Below are positions 19,614-29,243 of a stretch of 39,311 nucleotides of DNA, piece after piece. Source of the stretch: Cyanobacteriota bacterium. GTDB lineage: Bacteria > Cyanobacteriota > Sericytochromatia > UBA7694 > JACMQJ01. Under the pieces are notes generated by a model that saw only the letters and a list, made by a program, of their open reading frames with translations, had not been told where the DNA came from and did not search any database. Each line of letters starts with the position of its first letter. The stretch's first letter is position 1. A program made the position numbers and the translations under genes. The DNA is taken from NCBI GenBank assembly GCA_038060635.1, contig JBBTGK010000209.1:1-39311 (forward strand), in the 5' to 3' direction.

Positions 19614-20201
19614 CTAGCTATCTTTCAATTTACACATTTTGCAAATAATTTCTTTTTGATTGTGTAAAGCAAGGCATTTTGGACATTTTTTCCAACCTTG
19701 ATCGATTAAAGATAATTCTCGTTCTCTTGTTTTTTTTAAAAAAGATGCCATTACATCTTTTAAATTAGAATCTTTTATTTTAGAAAGATTATCATCTATT
19801 AGTTTTTTATCATAATCAGTTAGATTTTTATTTAAAAAATATTTTTTATCTTCTTTTTTAGTTAAATTCTGATTAGGTAAAGTATTTTTATCTTCTTTTT
19901 TAGCTATAACTTCTTTTTCATCAATTCTAAAATTAATATCTTTTAAAACTTCTCTTTCAAATTTATCATTATATTTATTTATAATATCATCTTTAAGAAA
20001 TTTCATTTCTGATAAAAAACAAGAATGAGATACTTTTACATATAAAATATAATCTTTTATATATACTGCTTTAGAATTTTTTGCAAAAAATTCACCAACT
20101 AAATCTTCCCAAACCTCTACAATAGTGAATTTTTCTTTATTTATATCTTTAACTTTAATTTTTTTTAGGTATTTATGAAGAGATGAACTAAAATTATACA
20201 T
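19614..20201 (-). CDS. dciA: DUF721/DciA replicative helicase loader-like protein with C-terminal Zn ribbon
   Basis: WEDLVG...LYVKVSHS..LSEM..K..II..N pattern, CPKC..CKMC, coupled to recF. Confidence 0.8.
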   Translation of the reverse strand: MYNFSSSLHKYLKKIKVKDINKEKFTIVEVWEDLVGEFFAKNSKAVYIKDYILYVKVSHSCFLSEMKFLKDDIINKYNDKFEREVLKDINFRIDEKEVIAKKEDKNTLPNQNLTKKEDKKYFLNKNLTDYDKKLIDDNLSKIKDSNLKDVMASFLKKTRERELSLIDQGWKKCPKCLALHNQKEIICKMCKLKDS

Positions 20202-21324
20202 AAAGTTCTATTTTACCATTAGAAACATTTAAAACAGTTGATTCTTTTAACCAATTTTCAGAAAAATCATCTAAATGTGTTGTAGTCAAAAAAGTTTGAG
20301 TTTCACTTCCTACAAGTTCTAATAATTTTTTTTGTCTGGTTTTATCTAATTCTGCCATTACATCATCAAGTAATAAAATAGGAGTTTCACCAGTATTATT
20401 TTTTATATAAAGGATTTCAGAAAGTTTTAGAGATAAAATAAGGGTTCTTTGTTGACCTTGTGATGCAAAAGTTTTGACTTCTTTATCATTAATATAAAAA
20501 TCTATATCATCACGATGTGGGCCATATAAAGATTGACTTCTTAAAACTTCTTTTCTAAAATTTTCTTTTAAAAAAGCTGATATTTTTTTCTTTTCTTTTT
20601 CTTTATCAAAATTATCAAAATCTATTACATTAAGAGAAGAAACATATTTAATAGAAATTTTTTCATTTAAATTTGATATTTTATCATGATAATCTGAAGC
20701 TATTTGAGATATTTCTTTTATTAATGACAATCTTAAGGCATAAATATCCACAGAGATTTCCACAATTTGTTCATCCCAAATACTCAACATCAAATAATCC
20801 ATAGAATTACTTTCTCTCATATTTTTTAAAATATGATTTCTTTGTTGAATAAGCTTATTATAGACCTGTAATTGATGATAATAATGAGGGTGAACCTGAA
20901 CAAGCAATTTATCTAAAAAAGTTCTTCTTTCGGAAGGTGAGCCTTTTATAAGCATAAGATCTTCTGATGAGAAAAGAACTACTTTTAAAAAACCAACAAA
21001 TTTTGATAATCTTTTTACATTTACACCATCAACTTTTAAAACTTTTGGTGAATTTTTACGTAAAACAATGGCTAACTCTTTTGTGGAAAGGTTTGTGTCT
21101 AATTCGGCATAAACTCCTGACTCTTTTTGATTCCATAAAATCAAATCAGTTTCTTTTTTAGCCCTATAAGGAATACCAAAAGATAAAGTATAAATAGCCT
21201 CAATAAGATTAGATTTGCCTTGAGCATTATCACCAATCAATACTACTCTTGATTCTGATATATTTTCTAGCTGAAGGCTCTCATAATTTCTAAAATTTAA
21301 AAGGTTTAATTTCTTTATAAACAA
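20194..21324 (-). CDS. recF: DNA replication/repair protein RecF
   Basis: NFRNY, GDNAQGKSN, GPHRDD, SQGQQR, LLLDDVMAELD. Confidence 0.98.
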   Translation of the reverse strand: MFIKKLNLLNFRNYESLQLENISESRVVLIGDNAQGKSNLIEAIYTLSFGIPYRAKKETDLILWNQKESGVYAELDTNLSTKELAIVLRKNSPKVLKVDGVNVKRLSKFVGFLKVVLFSSEDLMLIKGSPSERRTFLDKLLVQVHPHYYHQLQVYNKLIQQRNHILKNMRESNSMDYLMLSIWDEQIVEISVDIYALRLSLIKEISQIASDYHDKISNLNEKISIKYVSSLNVIDFDNFDKEKEKKKISAFLKENFRKEVLRSQSLYGPHRDDIDFYINDKEVKTFASQGQQRTLILSLKLSEILYIKNNTGETPILLLDDVMAELDKTRQKKLLELVGSETQTFLTTTHLDDFSENWLKESTVLNVSNGKIELYV

Positions 21325-21328
21325 TTTT

Positions 21329-22444
21329 TTAAGATCTTATTGGCATTATCATACAAAAATAATTATCATCATCTAAAGATTTTAAAATACCAGGGTTTAA
21401 AGAACCAGCAAGAGAAAGTTTCAATTTTTCACTATCAAAGTTTTTAATAGCTTCCATGAAAAATCTTGCATTGAAGTTTATTTCTAAAGAATCACCTTGA
21501 TAATCAACATCAACAGATTCAGTTGATTGACCTAATTCTGGTGTACTAGAAGATAAAACTATTTGACCTGAAGTTATTTCTAATTTTATTATATTAACTT
21601 TATCTATTGATGAAATAGCAGAAACTCTATCTACTGCTGATAAAAACTCATCTTTATTGAAAATAACATCTTTATCAAGATTGGTAGGTATTATTCTATT
21701 ATAATCAGGATATTGCCCTTCAACTAATCTGGTTGACATTATTTTTTCATCTATTTTAAAAACCAATTGATTAGATAAATAAGAAACGGTAACGGTTGTA
21801 TCTTCTTTTGTACTACCTAAAAGTCTTACAAGCTCATTCATAGATTTAGAAGGAACAATAACTGCAAAACCTTGATCATTTTCAGATTCTATGTGAGTTT
21901 TACTAACAGCAAGTCTGTAACCATCAGTTGCAGCCATTTCAACTTTACCTGATGAAAAAATAAACCTTATACCATTCAAAACATTTTTTGAAGTATCTGT
22001 TGAAGAAGCAAAGATTGTTTTCTTTATTCCTTGAGAAAGAGCAGATGATGAAATATATAAACAATTATCTTCTGATATTTGAGGTAATTGAGGAAAATCA
22101 TCTGAAACTATACTTTTTAAATTAAACTTAGATTTTGAACATTTCAAAGTTGTTTCTGTAAGGGAATCATTCACATGTAAATCCACATCACTATTTGGTA
22201 ATTTTGAAATAATATCATTCAAAGCTCTTGCAGGAATTGTTATTTTACCTGAAGACAAGACCTGACAGTCCACATAAGTTTCCACACCCATTTCTAAATC
22301 TGTTGCTGAAAGTTTTAATTTACCTTCTTCAGTACAATCAAAAAGAACATTATTGATTATTGGTAATAAAGATTTTGTTGCTACTGCTTTGTTAACTGTT
22401 TGAAAGCCCTTAAGTAAATTTTCTTTTGTACAAACTAAATGCAT
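21329..22444 (-). CDS. dnaN: DNA polymerase III beta sliding clamp
   Basis: ATDLE, ATDGYRLA, EGQYPDY, IMPIR. Confidence 0.98.
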   Translation of the reverse strand: MHLVCTKENLLKGFQTVNKAVATKSLLPIINNVLFDCTEEGKLKLSATDLEMGVETYVDCQVLSSGKITIPARALNDIISKLPNSDVDLHVNDSLTETTLKCSKSKFNLKSIVSDDFPQLPQISEDNCLYISSSALSQGIKKTIFASSTDTSKNVLNGIRFIFSSGKVEMAATDGYRLAVSKTHIESENDQGFAVIVPSKSMNELVRLLGSTKEDTTVTVSYLSNQLVFKIDEKIMSTRLVEGQYPDYNRIIPTNLDKDVIFNKDEFLSAVDRVSAISSIDKVNIIKLEITSGQIVLSSSTPELGQSTESVDVDYQGDSLEINFNARFFMEAIKNFDSEKLKLSLAGSLNPGILKSLDDDNYFCMIMPIRS

Positions 22445-22569
22445 ATTTGTTTTTCCCTAAAATTTAAAACTAAAAAATTAATCTGGTATATCAAAATAAT
22501 AACACCTAATATTTTTTGTTTCAATATCATTTTTTTTTCTAATCTTAAAAATCAAATTTATCACCCTAA

Positions 22570-23101
22570 CTACTATTACTATATAAATTAAAAATTTATA
22601 TATAGTAGTATATAGTGTTTGTGGAAATTGTGGACAACTCAAAAAAAACTAGATTTTTCAGTACTTTGAGGCTTGTCTCTATTGTGGACAACTTGTGGAC
22701 AACTCGGGGAGTTATCCACAAGGCAAAAAACTGTCCACATTTTGTCCACACTCTATCCACAATAAAATGCCAAGTTGTCCACAAGTTGTCCACATACATT
22801 TTTAAGAAATATAAAGTATCCACACTCTGTCCACAAGTTATCCACAAAAAAAAGGGTAGTTGTCCACAATAAAATGCCAAGTTGTCCACAAGTTATCCAC
22901 AATAAGTTTTGTTACATTTTGAGGGAAAATTTATTATTTTGTTTTGTAAAAAATCTATTGCAAAGCTTGTACTACGTGAGATTAAAGCTATTTTAGTATT
23001 ATTTTTTCTTTTGTGTTACTTTTCACAAAAAAGTATAAACGCTTTAAAATAAAAAAGGTTTATCCACAAGTTGTCCACAAGTTGTCCACAAGTTGTCCAC
23101 A
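22570..23101. other. oriC: Probable chromosomal replication origin (oriC): ~20 DnaA boxes plus DnaA-trio/AT-rich unwinding segment
   Basis: 11x TTGTCCACA, 4x TTATCCACA and 5 variants, mostly at 11/22-bp spacing. Upstream of dnaN. Gene orientation bias switches here. Confidence 0.9.
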
Positions 23102-23328
23102 ATGAACAGCATTAGATATTTTTGTTTTTTTATCACAAATTTAAATTATTTTACATAAAAAAAAGCATTTTTTGTTTGCTAATTTAAATAATTTCTCTAT
23201 ATTATTTCAAAATTCCTATTTTTTAAAATTTCTATTTTTTCATTAATTAATTTCTAGTTAATTCAAGCAATTTTTTATTTTATTTTTCTATACTTAAAGA
23301 ACATAGAAATTTTTAAGGTGTTTTAAAT

Positions 23329-24588
23329 ATGTCATTGGAAAATAATATTTCTTTTTCTAGGATGAGTTCTTATTCTGATCAAAAATCAGACTCATTAGTA
23401 AAACCATTAAAAAATGACACTGCTAATTCTACTGAAGTTTCAGTTTCAGATACAAATTCTTCTTCAACCAATGTTTTTTCTAGAATGCGTTCTAAAGTTG
23501 GTAACTATGTAGATGAAAAAACTGATGCTTTAATAAAAGCGTCAAAAACAGAATCTAATGAAATTTTAGAAAGAAATACTAATAGAAGTAATTTAGGAAC
23601 AGATACTTTAAATACCCAAATAAAACCTAGTTCAACAAATTTGGCAAATACTGTTTCATTTGATCCTTCTAATAAATTGCCAGAAAATTTAAGAGCGTTA
23701 TACAAAGATGTTAGTGGATCTCTTCCTCCTACAGAAAAATCTGCTCTCGAAGGATTATTAAAAGATAATAAACTTACTATGAAAGATTCTAAAGGTAAAA
23801 CCGTTATGGAAAATCTTTCTGAAATAAAAAATGGTTCAAAACAAACAGGTGTAAGAGCAAATGAACTTTTAAAAGATGCTATTTTAGTTTTGAGTGATAG
23901 AAAATATATAACTCAGGGACCTCATGGAACTTGTGGTGCAGGAAGTATTCAAAATCATTTATGGGTAAAAGATTCTGCTGAAATGCTTAGAATAGTGAAA
24001 GATTTGGCAAAATCTGGTGAATGTTCTCTAAGAGATGGAACTAAATTAAAAGCTGGAACTAATTCTTTAAAATGGCATGAAAATGATAAAACAACAGATG
24101 GTTCTACTGAAGATAGAAGAGATTTTAATATAATATTTCAATCAGCTATTATGAGAGATGTTGCATTAGTTGGAGGCGATAGAGCTTTTGGTAATGCCTA
24201 TATACATGATTTAGCAGATTATAATGTTAACAAAGATAATAGTGATGGTCCTTCAGTTTCATCTGGTGATTCTGCTGCAAATCCAGAAATGGTTACACCT
24301 CTTTTAGAAGGTATAACAGGCAAAAAATATAGTAATTCATCTAGTTTTGTATTTGGACAAGGAGCTAGAATAGAAGAACTTGATAAAGCTTCAAAACAAG
24401 GAAAACAACCTATAGCTCTTTTTAGTTCTTCTGGATATTTTGGATTACATTATGTTGTAGTTCAAAAAGTTGAAAATGGAAATGTCTTTTTTCAAAATAC
24501 CGCAAAATCTAAAGATTATGGTGGTGTTGATAGTATGTCTGTTGCAGATTTTAAAAGTAAAGTTAGAGGCGTAATTTTACCTGATTAA
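23329..24588 (+). CDS. Putative papain-fold cysteine peptidase-like protein, paralog 1
   Basis: ITQGPHGTCGAGS (Q..C), LHYVVV (His), FQNT (Asn). Ser/Asn-rich N-terminus without a Sec signal. Confidence 0.65.
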   Translation: MSLENNISFSRMSSYSDQKSDSLVKPLKNDTANSTEVSVSDTNSSSTNVFSRMRSKVGNYVDEKTDALIKASKTESNEILERNTNRSNLGTDTLNTQIKPSSTNLANTVSFDPSNKLPENLRALYKDVSGSLPPTEKSALEGLLKDNKLTMKDSKGKTVMENLSEIKNGSKQTGVRANELLKDAILVLSDRKYITQGPHGTCGAGSIQNHLWVKDSAEMLRIVKDLAKSGECSLRDGTKLKAGTNSLKWHENDKTTDGSTEDRRDFNIIFQSAIMRDVALVGGDRAFGNAYIHDLADYNVNKDNSDGPSVSSGDSAANPEMVTPLLEGITGKKYSNSSSFVFGQGARIEELDKASKQGKQPIALFSSSGYFGLHYVVVQKVENGNVFFQNTAKSKDYGGVDSMSVADFKSKVRGVILPD

Positions 24589-24616
24589 TTGTTTGAAATT
24601 AATTGATATTTGTTTT

Positions 24617-24645
24617 TTGCAGTGATTTGATTTATCAAATCCTTT
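24617..24645. repeat. REP-like palindrome copy 2 (TTGCAGTGATTTGATTTATCAAATCCTTT)
   Basis: GATTTGAT/ATCAAATC stem, similar to 19552-19581. Confidence 0.5.
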
Positions 24646-24722
24646 ATTGGTTATTTTAATTTAAGCACCTTTTAGTTTATTTTTCCTATAATAATGTTAT
24701 AAATTTTTTTGGTAATTTAAAA

Positions 24723-25844
24723 ATGTCATTAGAAAATAATTCTCTTTTTTCATCTCTTTCTAAAATGGGCGATTATGTAGTAGAAAAAAAAGATGCTTTA
24801 GTAAAAACATTAAAAACTGAATCAGATGAGCTTTTTGGAAAAAATACTAAAAATACTTTAGGAAAAGACTCTTTAAATTATTCTCCAATAGTTACAGATA
24901 AAAATTTATCAAATGCTGTATCTTTTGACCCTGTTAACAATTTACCAGAAAATTTAAGAGCATTATACAAAGATGTTAGTGCTTCTCTCCCTCCTACAGA
25001 AAAATCTGCTCTTGATGGTCTATTAAAAAGTAATAAACTTACTATGAAAGATTCTACAGGAAAAACAATTATGGAAAATCTTTCTGAAATAAAAAATGGT
25101 AAAAAAGAGACAGGAATAAGATCAAATGAGCTTTTAAAAGATGCTGTTTTGATTTTGAGTGATAGAAAATATATAACACAAGGCCCTCATGGAACATGTG
25201 GTGCAGGAAGTATTGAAAATCATTTAGCTGTAAAAGATCCAGCTGAATTAGTAAGAATAGTAAAGGATTTGGCAAAATCGGGTGAATCTTTTCTAAGAGA
25301 TGGTTCTAAATTAAAATCAGGTACAGGTTCTTTAAAATGGCATGAAAATAATAAAACAACTGATGGTTCTCGTGAAGATAGAAGAGATTTTAATATAATA
25401 TTTCAATCTTCTGTTATGAGAAATGTTGCTTTAGTTGGTGGAGATAGAACTTTTGGTAGTAAAATTCATATCCCTAATTTTGTAGATTATAATGTTGATA
25501 AAGATAATGGTGATGCAAATTCTGTAAAAACTGGTGATTCTGCTGCAAATCCAGAATTAGTTGCTTCTTTATTACATTCTATTACTGGTAAAAAACATGA
25601 TAATGTATTAACACCAGATGGTAATATGAAAGATATTGAAAAGTCTGCAAATTCAGGAAAACAGCCTTTAGTAGTTTTTAGTGTTGATGATTATTTTAGT
25701 TTGCATTATGTTGTAGTTGAAAAAGTTGAAAAAGGTAATATTTATTTTCAAAATACTGCAAAATCAAAAGATAATGGTAAAGTTGATGTTATGCCTATTG
25801 AAGAGTTTAAAAATAAAGTTAGAGGCGTGATTTTATCTAAGTAA
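24723..25844 (+). CDS. Putative papain-fold cysteine peptidase-like protein, paralog 2
   Basis: Colinear and highly similar to 23329..24588 with the same Q/C/H/N residues. Confidence 0.65.
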   Translation: MSLENNSLFSSLSKMGDYVVEKKDALVKTLKTESDELFGKNTKNTLGKDSLNYSPIVTDKNLSNAVSFDPVNNLPENLRALYKDVSASLPPTEKSALDGLLKSNKLTMKDSTGKTIMENLSEIKNGKKETGIRSNELLKDAVLILSDRKYITQGPHGTCGAGSIENHLAVKDPAELVRIVKDLAKSGESFLRDGSKLKSGTGSLKWHENNKTTDGSREDRRDFNIIFQSSVMRNVALVGGDRTFGSKIHIPNFVDYNVDKDNGDANSVKTGDSAANPELVASLLHSITGKKHDNVLTPDGNMKDIEKSANSGKQPLVVFSVDDYFSLHYVVVEKVEKGNIYFQNTAKSKDNGKVDVMPIEEFKNKVRGVILSK

Positions 25845-26220
25845 TTATTCTCACATCATAAAGACTAAATTTGTTGTCATAAGTAATAATTGGTATATTT
25901 TCAATAACTGACTGACAAATTATAATTCTATCAAATGGATCATTATGATGAATTGGTAAATTTAATAAATGCTCAAAATGTTTAAATCCAATTTCCAAAA
26001 TGTCAAAATTGTTATCCAAAAGAAATTTTTCCAATTCTGGAAATGGAATTGAAGTATTTAGTTTAGATATGCTTATTTTTATGGCAATTTCCCATAAACT
26101 TACTTTACTTACATATATTTGATTATTTGTATTTTGAAGAATGGAAACAGCTTTTTTGCTAAGTTTGTTATCTCCGTCAATATACCAAATTAAGGTATGA
26201 GTATCTATTATATATTTCAT
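25837..26220 (-). CDS. vapC: VapC/PIN-domain toxin
   Basis: IIDTHTLIW, SKVSLWEIAIK, HHNDPFDRIIICQS, ITYD. Confidence 0.93.
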   Translation of the reverse strand: MKYIIDTHTLIWYIDGDNKLSKKAVSILQNTNNQIYVSKVSLWEIAIKISISKLNTSIPFPELEKFLLDNNFDILEIGFKHFEHLLNLPIHHNDPFDRIIICQSVIENIPIITYDNKFSLYDVRIIT

Positions 26221-26456
26221 TTACTATATTCCTTAAACATTTCTAACTCATCATCAAAATCATCAGCTATAAATGTAAAAATACCTTTACCACAACCAAA
26301 TTGTCTTTTTTTATCAGACTTTTTAGATTTCTTTTTGGCAATAGGGTTGTCCTGCATAACAATTACTTTAACTATAGTATTTACCTTATTTTTGTATTCT
26401 TCAGGCAATTCTATAAAACCATTTTTTACATTTCCCTCAAATTCAAATGCAAACAT
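26217..26456 (-). CDS. Putative antitoxin partner (DUF2281-like C-terminus)
   Basis: Overlaps the vapC start (ATGA-type coupling). RQFGCGKG...ADDFDDELEMFKEY tail. GGGAGG RBS supports ATG 26456. Confidence 0.8.
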   Translation of the reverse strand: MFAFEFEGNVKNGFIELPEEYKNKVNTIVKVIVMQDNPIAKKKSKKSDKKRQFGCGKGIFTFIADDFDDELEMFKEYSK

Positions 26457-26723
26457 AAAAATAACCTCCCTATATTTTAATCCTATCAAATTTCATATCT
26501 GAAATAACTTTACCTTGCTCTTCTATTATGTTTAATAGTTTTAAAATCAATTTCCTTTATTTAGCTAATTTTAATTCTTCTAACATAATAACTTTAGTAT
26601 AATACTTTTGATTATAATTTATATACTTTTTTTATTTTTTATTCTTTAACCATTTTTTGAGATGATACGAAAAAAAGAATTTTATTTCATTCATAATTAA
26701 TTGAGGTATAAAATCATAGAAAA

Positions 26724-27995
26724 ATGAAAATCATGAAAAAAATATTTTACTCAAAAAATCTGTTATTTCTAGTTTTTATCAATTTATTTTTAATACAAGA
26801 TTGTAGTTTACTTTTATTAATTCCAAAAAATTGTACTGAAAAAATACATAATATAGAAATAGGAAAACCATTTAAGGGAACACCATCAAATATAGTAATT
26901 GATGAAAATAACAATGGAATCATTTCTTTTAGAGAAGAGATAATCAAAATAAATAACTTAGAAATAGGTGAAAAAATCTGTTTAAAAGAAGCACAAGGAA
27001 GAGATTGTGTAGGAAATACGGCATATTCTACAGATAAAGATGGAGATGGTATTTTAATTTATTCTATACAAAATGACCCTTGCTTAAGCATTTATCCTGA
27101 TTTAGGATCAATAGATGATTATAGATTAATTTTTAGTAATTATATAGTAAAAATAGAAAAAAATAATTTTTTAGTTGATAAAGTGAAAAAATTATATGAA
27201 ATTGATACATACTATAAAGGTTTTAAAATTTTACAGTTTGATAAAAATAATTTTTTGGTTTATTTTTTATCTCAAGGTTATGGAAATGATAAATGGAAAG
27301 TTGTTTTAAAAAGAATAAATAATTTAGATTTAAATAATTATAATATTAATGAATATAAATTTGATTTAGAAGATGATGGTAATAATTTTTATAATCCTTA
27401 TGAATATTTAGATTTAGATTTAAATTTAGATTCAAATGGTAATGGTTGGTATGCTTTTAAAATATTTAGAAATAATCTATTTCAAAAAATAGAAAATTAT
27501 AAAAATACTTCTCAGATAAAAGATTTATCAAAAGATTCAGATACTTTTTATAATTTTTTAGATACTAATGGAAATGGGTATATTTTAAATTTTAAAGATT
27601 TTATATTATCTAAATCAAATGTAAATAATTTAATTAGTGATAATTTAAATATTGAAATATTCAAACAAGAGCAAAATTTAATAAATTATTTTCCATTTTC
27701 TGTAGATTCAAAATGGTTAAATATTAATAAAAATGGAGAAGGTGTTATTTTACTTGGTAAAAATATTTCTAATACTAATGATGAAAAAATAGCTTTAGTT
27801 ATAAAAAAAATAAAAGATTTTAAAGAGATAAGCCAATCTGTTATTTCAAGTAATGATTCTAATTATAGCTATTATGCTTCTTCAATAAATAGCAATGGAA
27901 ATGGTATTGTTATTCTTCGTGATTCATCTAATAGAGGTTTTTTTGGTAAGAATTTTATATTAAAAAGAATAAGAAATTATGAACTTGAAAAATAA
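26724..27995 (+). CDS. Exported hypothetical protein with repeated [IL][DN]xNG[NE]G-type motifs (possible beta-propeller)
   Basis: Hydrophobic N-terminus; IDENNNG, TDKDGDG, LDSNGNG, LDTNGNG, INKNGEG, INSNGNG. Confidence 0.6.
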   Translation: MKIMKKIFYSKNLLFLVFINLFLIQDCSLLLLIPKNCTEKIHNIEIGKPFKGTPSNIVIDENNNGIISFREEIIKINNLEIGEKICLKEAQGRDCVGNTAYSTDKDGDGILIYSIQNDPCLSIYPDLGSIDDYRLIFSNYIVKIEKNNFLVDKVKKLYEIDTYYKGFKILQFDKNNFLVYFLSQGYGNDKWKVVLKRINNLDLNNYNINEYKFDLEDDGNNFYNPYEYLDLDLNLDSNGNGWYAFKIFRNNLFQKIENYKNTSQIKDLSKDSDTFYNFLDTNGNGYILNFKDFILSKSNVNNLISDNLNIEIFKQEQNLINYFPFSVDSKWLNINKNGEGVILLGKNISNTNDEKIALVIKKIKDFKEISQSVISSNDSNYSYYASSINSNGNGIVILRDSSNRGFFGKNFILKRIRNYELEK

Positions 27996-28121
27996 AAAAA
28001 TAAAAACATTTTTTTATTTTACATTATGTTTTTAATATCTGTTTAAATACATCAAAATAAAAAGATCATGCTAAAATTTATACTTATATCTTTATATGCG
28101 TGATTTTATCTAATTAATAAT

Positions 28122-29207
28122 ATGACTGGAAATACATTTGGAAAAATATTTAAAATAACTACTTTTGGAGAGTCTCATGGACATTCATTAGGTCTTATTA
28201 TAGATGGTTTTCCTTCTAATATAGAAATAGATTTTGAATTAATAAAAAAAGATTTAGAAAGAAGAAAGCCAGGGCAATCTTCTATTACTACTCAAAGAAA
28301 AGAATCTGAAGAATTTGAAATAATTTCAGGTATTTTTGAAGGTAAATCAACAGGAATGCCTATAACTGTTACAGTAAAAAACCAAGATCAAAAATCAAAA
28401 GATTATGATCATATTTCAGATAAATTTAGACCTTCTCATGCAGATTTTACTTATTTTGAAAAATATGGAATAAGAGATTATCGAGGTGGTGGAAGATCTT
28501 CTGCAAGAGAAACTGTTTCTCGTGTTATTGGTGGTTCTTTTGCAAAAATGTTGCTTAATAAACTAAATATTCAAGTATATTCTTATGTTTCTCAGGTTGG
28601 AAATATAAAATTAGAACAAAACTATCAAAATCTTAATTTAGATAATATTGAAAATAATATCGTTCGTTGTCCTGATTCTGAAATGGCAGAAAAAATGATT
28701 TCTGAAATAGATAAAGTAAGAAAAGATGGTGATACTATAGGCGGAATTGTATCTTGTGTTATAAAAAATGTTCCTATTGGTTTAGGAGAACCTGTTTTTG
28801 ATAAACTTCATGCAGATTTGGGCAAAGCAATGCTAAGTATAAATGCCGTTAAAGGTTTTGAATATGGCTCTGGTTTTGACTCTGTTTCTATGAAAGGTAG
28901 TGAACATAATGATATTTTTTATAATGATAATGGAAAAATAAAAACAAAAACAAATTTTTCTGGTGGAATACAAGGTGGAATATCCAATGGAGAAGATATT
29001 TTTTTCAGAGTAGCATTTAAACCAGTTGCTACTATTATGAAAATTCAAGAAACTGTTGATGAAAAAGGTAGTTTGGTAGAAATACAAGGAAGAGGAAGAC
29101 ATGACCCTTGCGTTGTTCCAAGAGCTGTTCCAATTGTTGATGCTATGGCTGCTATTGTTATTATTGATTCTTATTTGCAAAACCAAGCCACTAGATTTTT
29201 TGTATAG
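28122..29207 (+). CDS. aroC: Chorismate synthase
   Basis: [45 protein letters not shown]. Confidence 0.98.
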   Translation: MTGNTFGKIFKITTFGESHGHSLGLIIDGFPSNIEIDFELIKKDLERRKPGQSSITTQRKESEEFEIISGIFEGKSTGMPITVTVKNQDQKSKDYDHISDKFRPSHADFTYFEKYGIRDYRGGGRSSARETVSRVIGGSFAKMLLNKLNIQVYSYVSQVGNIKLEQNYQNLNLDNIENNIVRCPDSEMAEKMISEIDKVRKDGDTIGGIVSCVIKNVPIGLGEPVFDKLHADLGKAMLSINAVKGFEYGSGFDSVSMKGSEHNDIFYNDNGKIKTKTNFSGGIQGGISNGEDIFFRVAFKPVATIMKIQETVDEKGSLVEIQGRGRHDPCVVPRAVPIVDAMAAIVIIDSYLQNQATRFFV

Positions 29208-29243
29208 AGTTATTATTTATATCAAAAAAAATAGTAAGAATAT

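Noticed and set aside
22596-22996. Three short overlapping ORFs (97, 85 and 73 aa)
   Set aside because: Translations of DnaA-box repeats (VDNLWT/CPQVIH), a typical oriC artefact
22683-23101. Repeat array as CRISPR or plasmid iterons
   Set aside because: Units are 9-bp DnaA boxes at 11-bp spacing with no unique spacers, and there are no cas or rep genes
25837-26456. TA pair as a novel system
   Set aside because: Standard PIN toxin with a small upstream antitoxin
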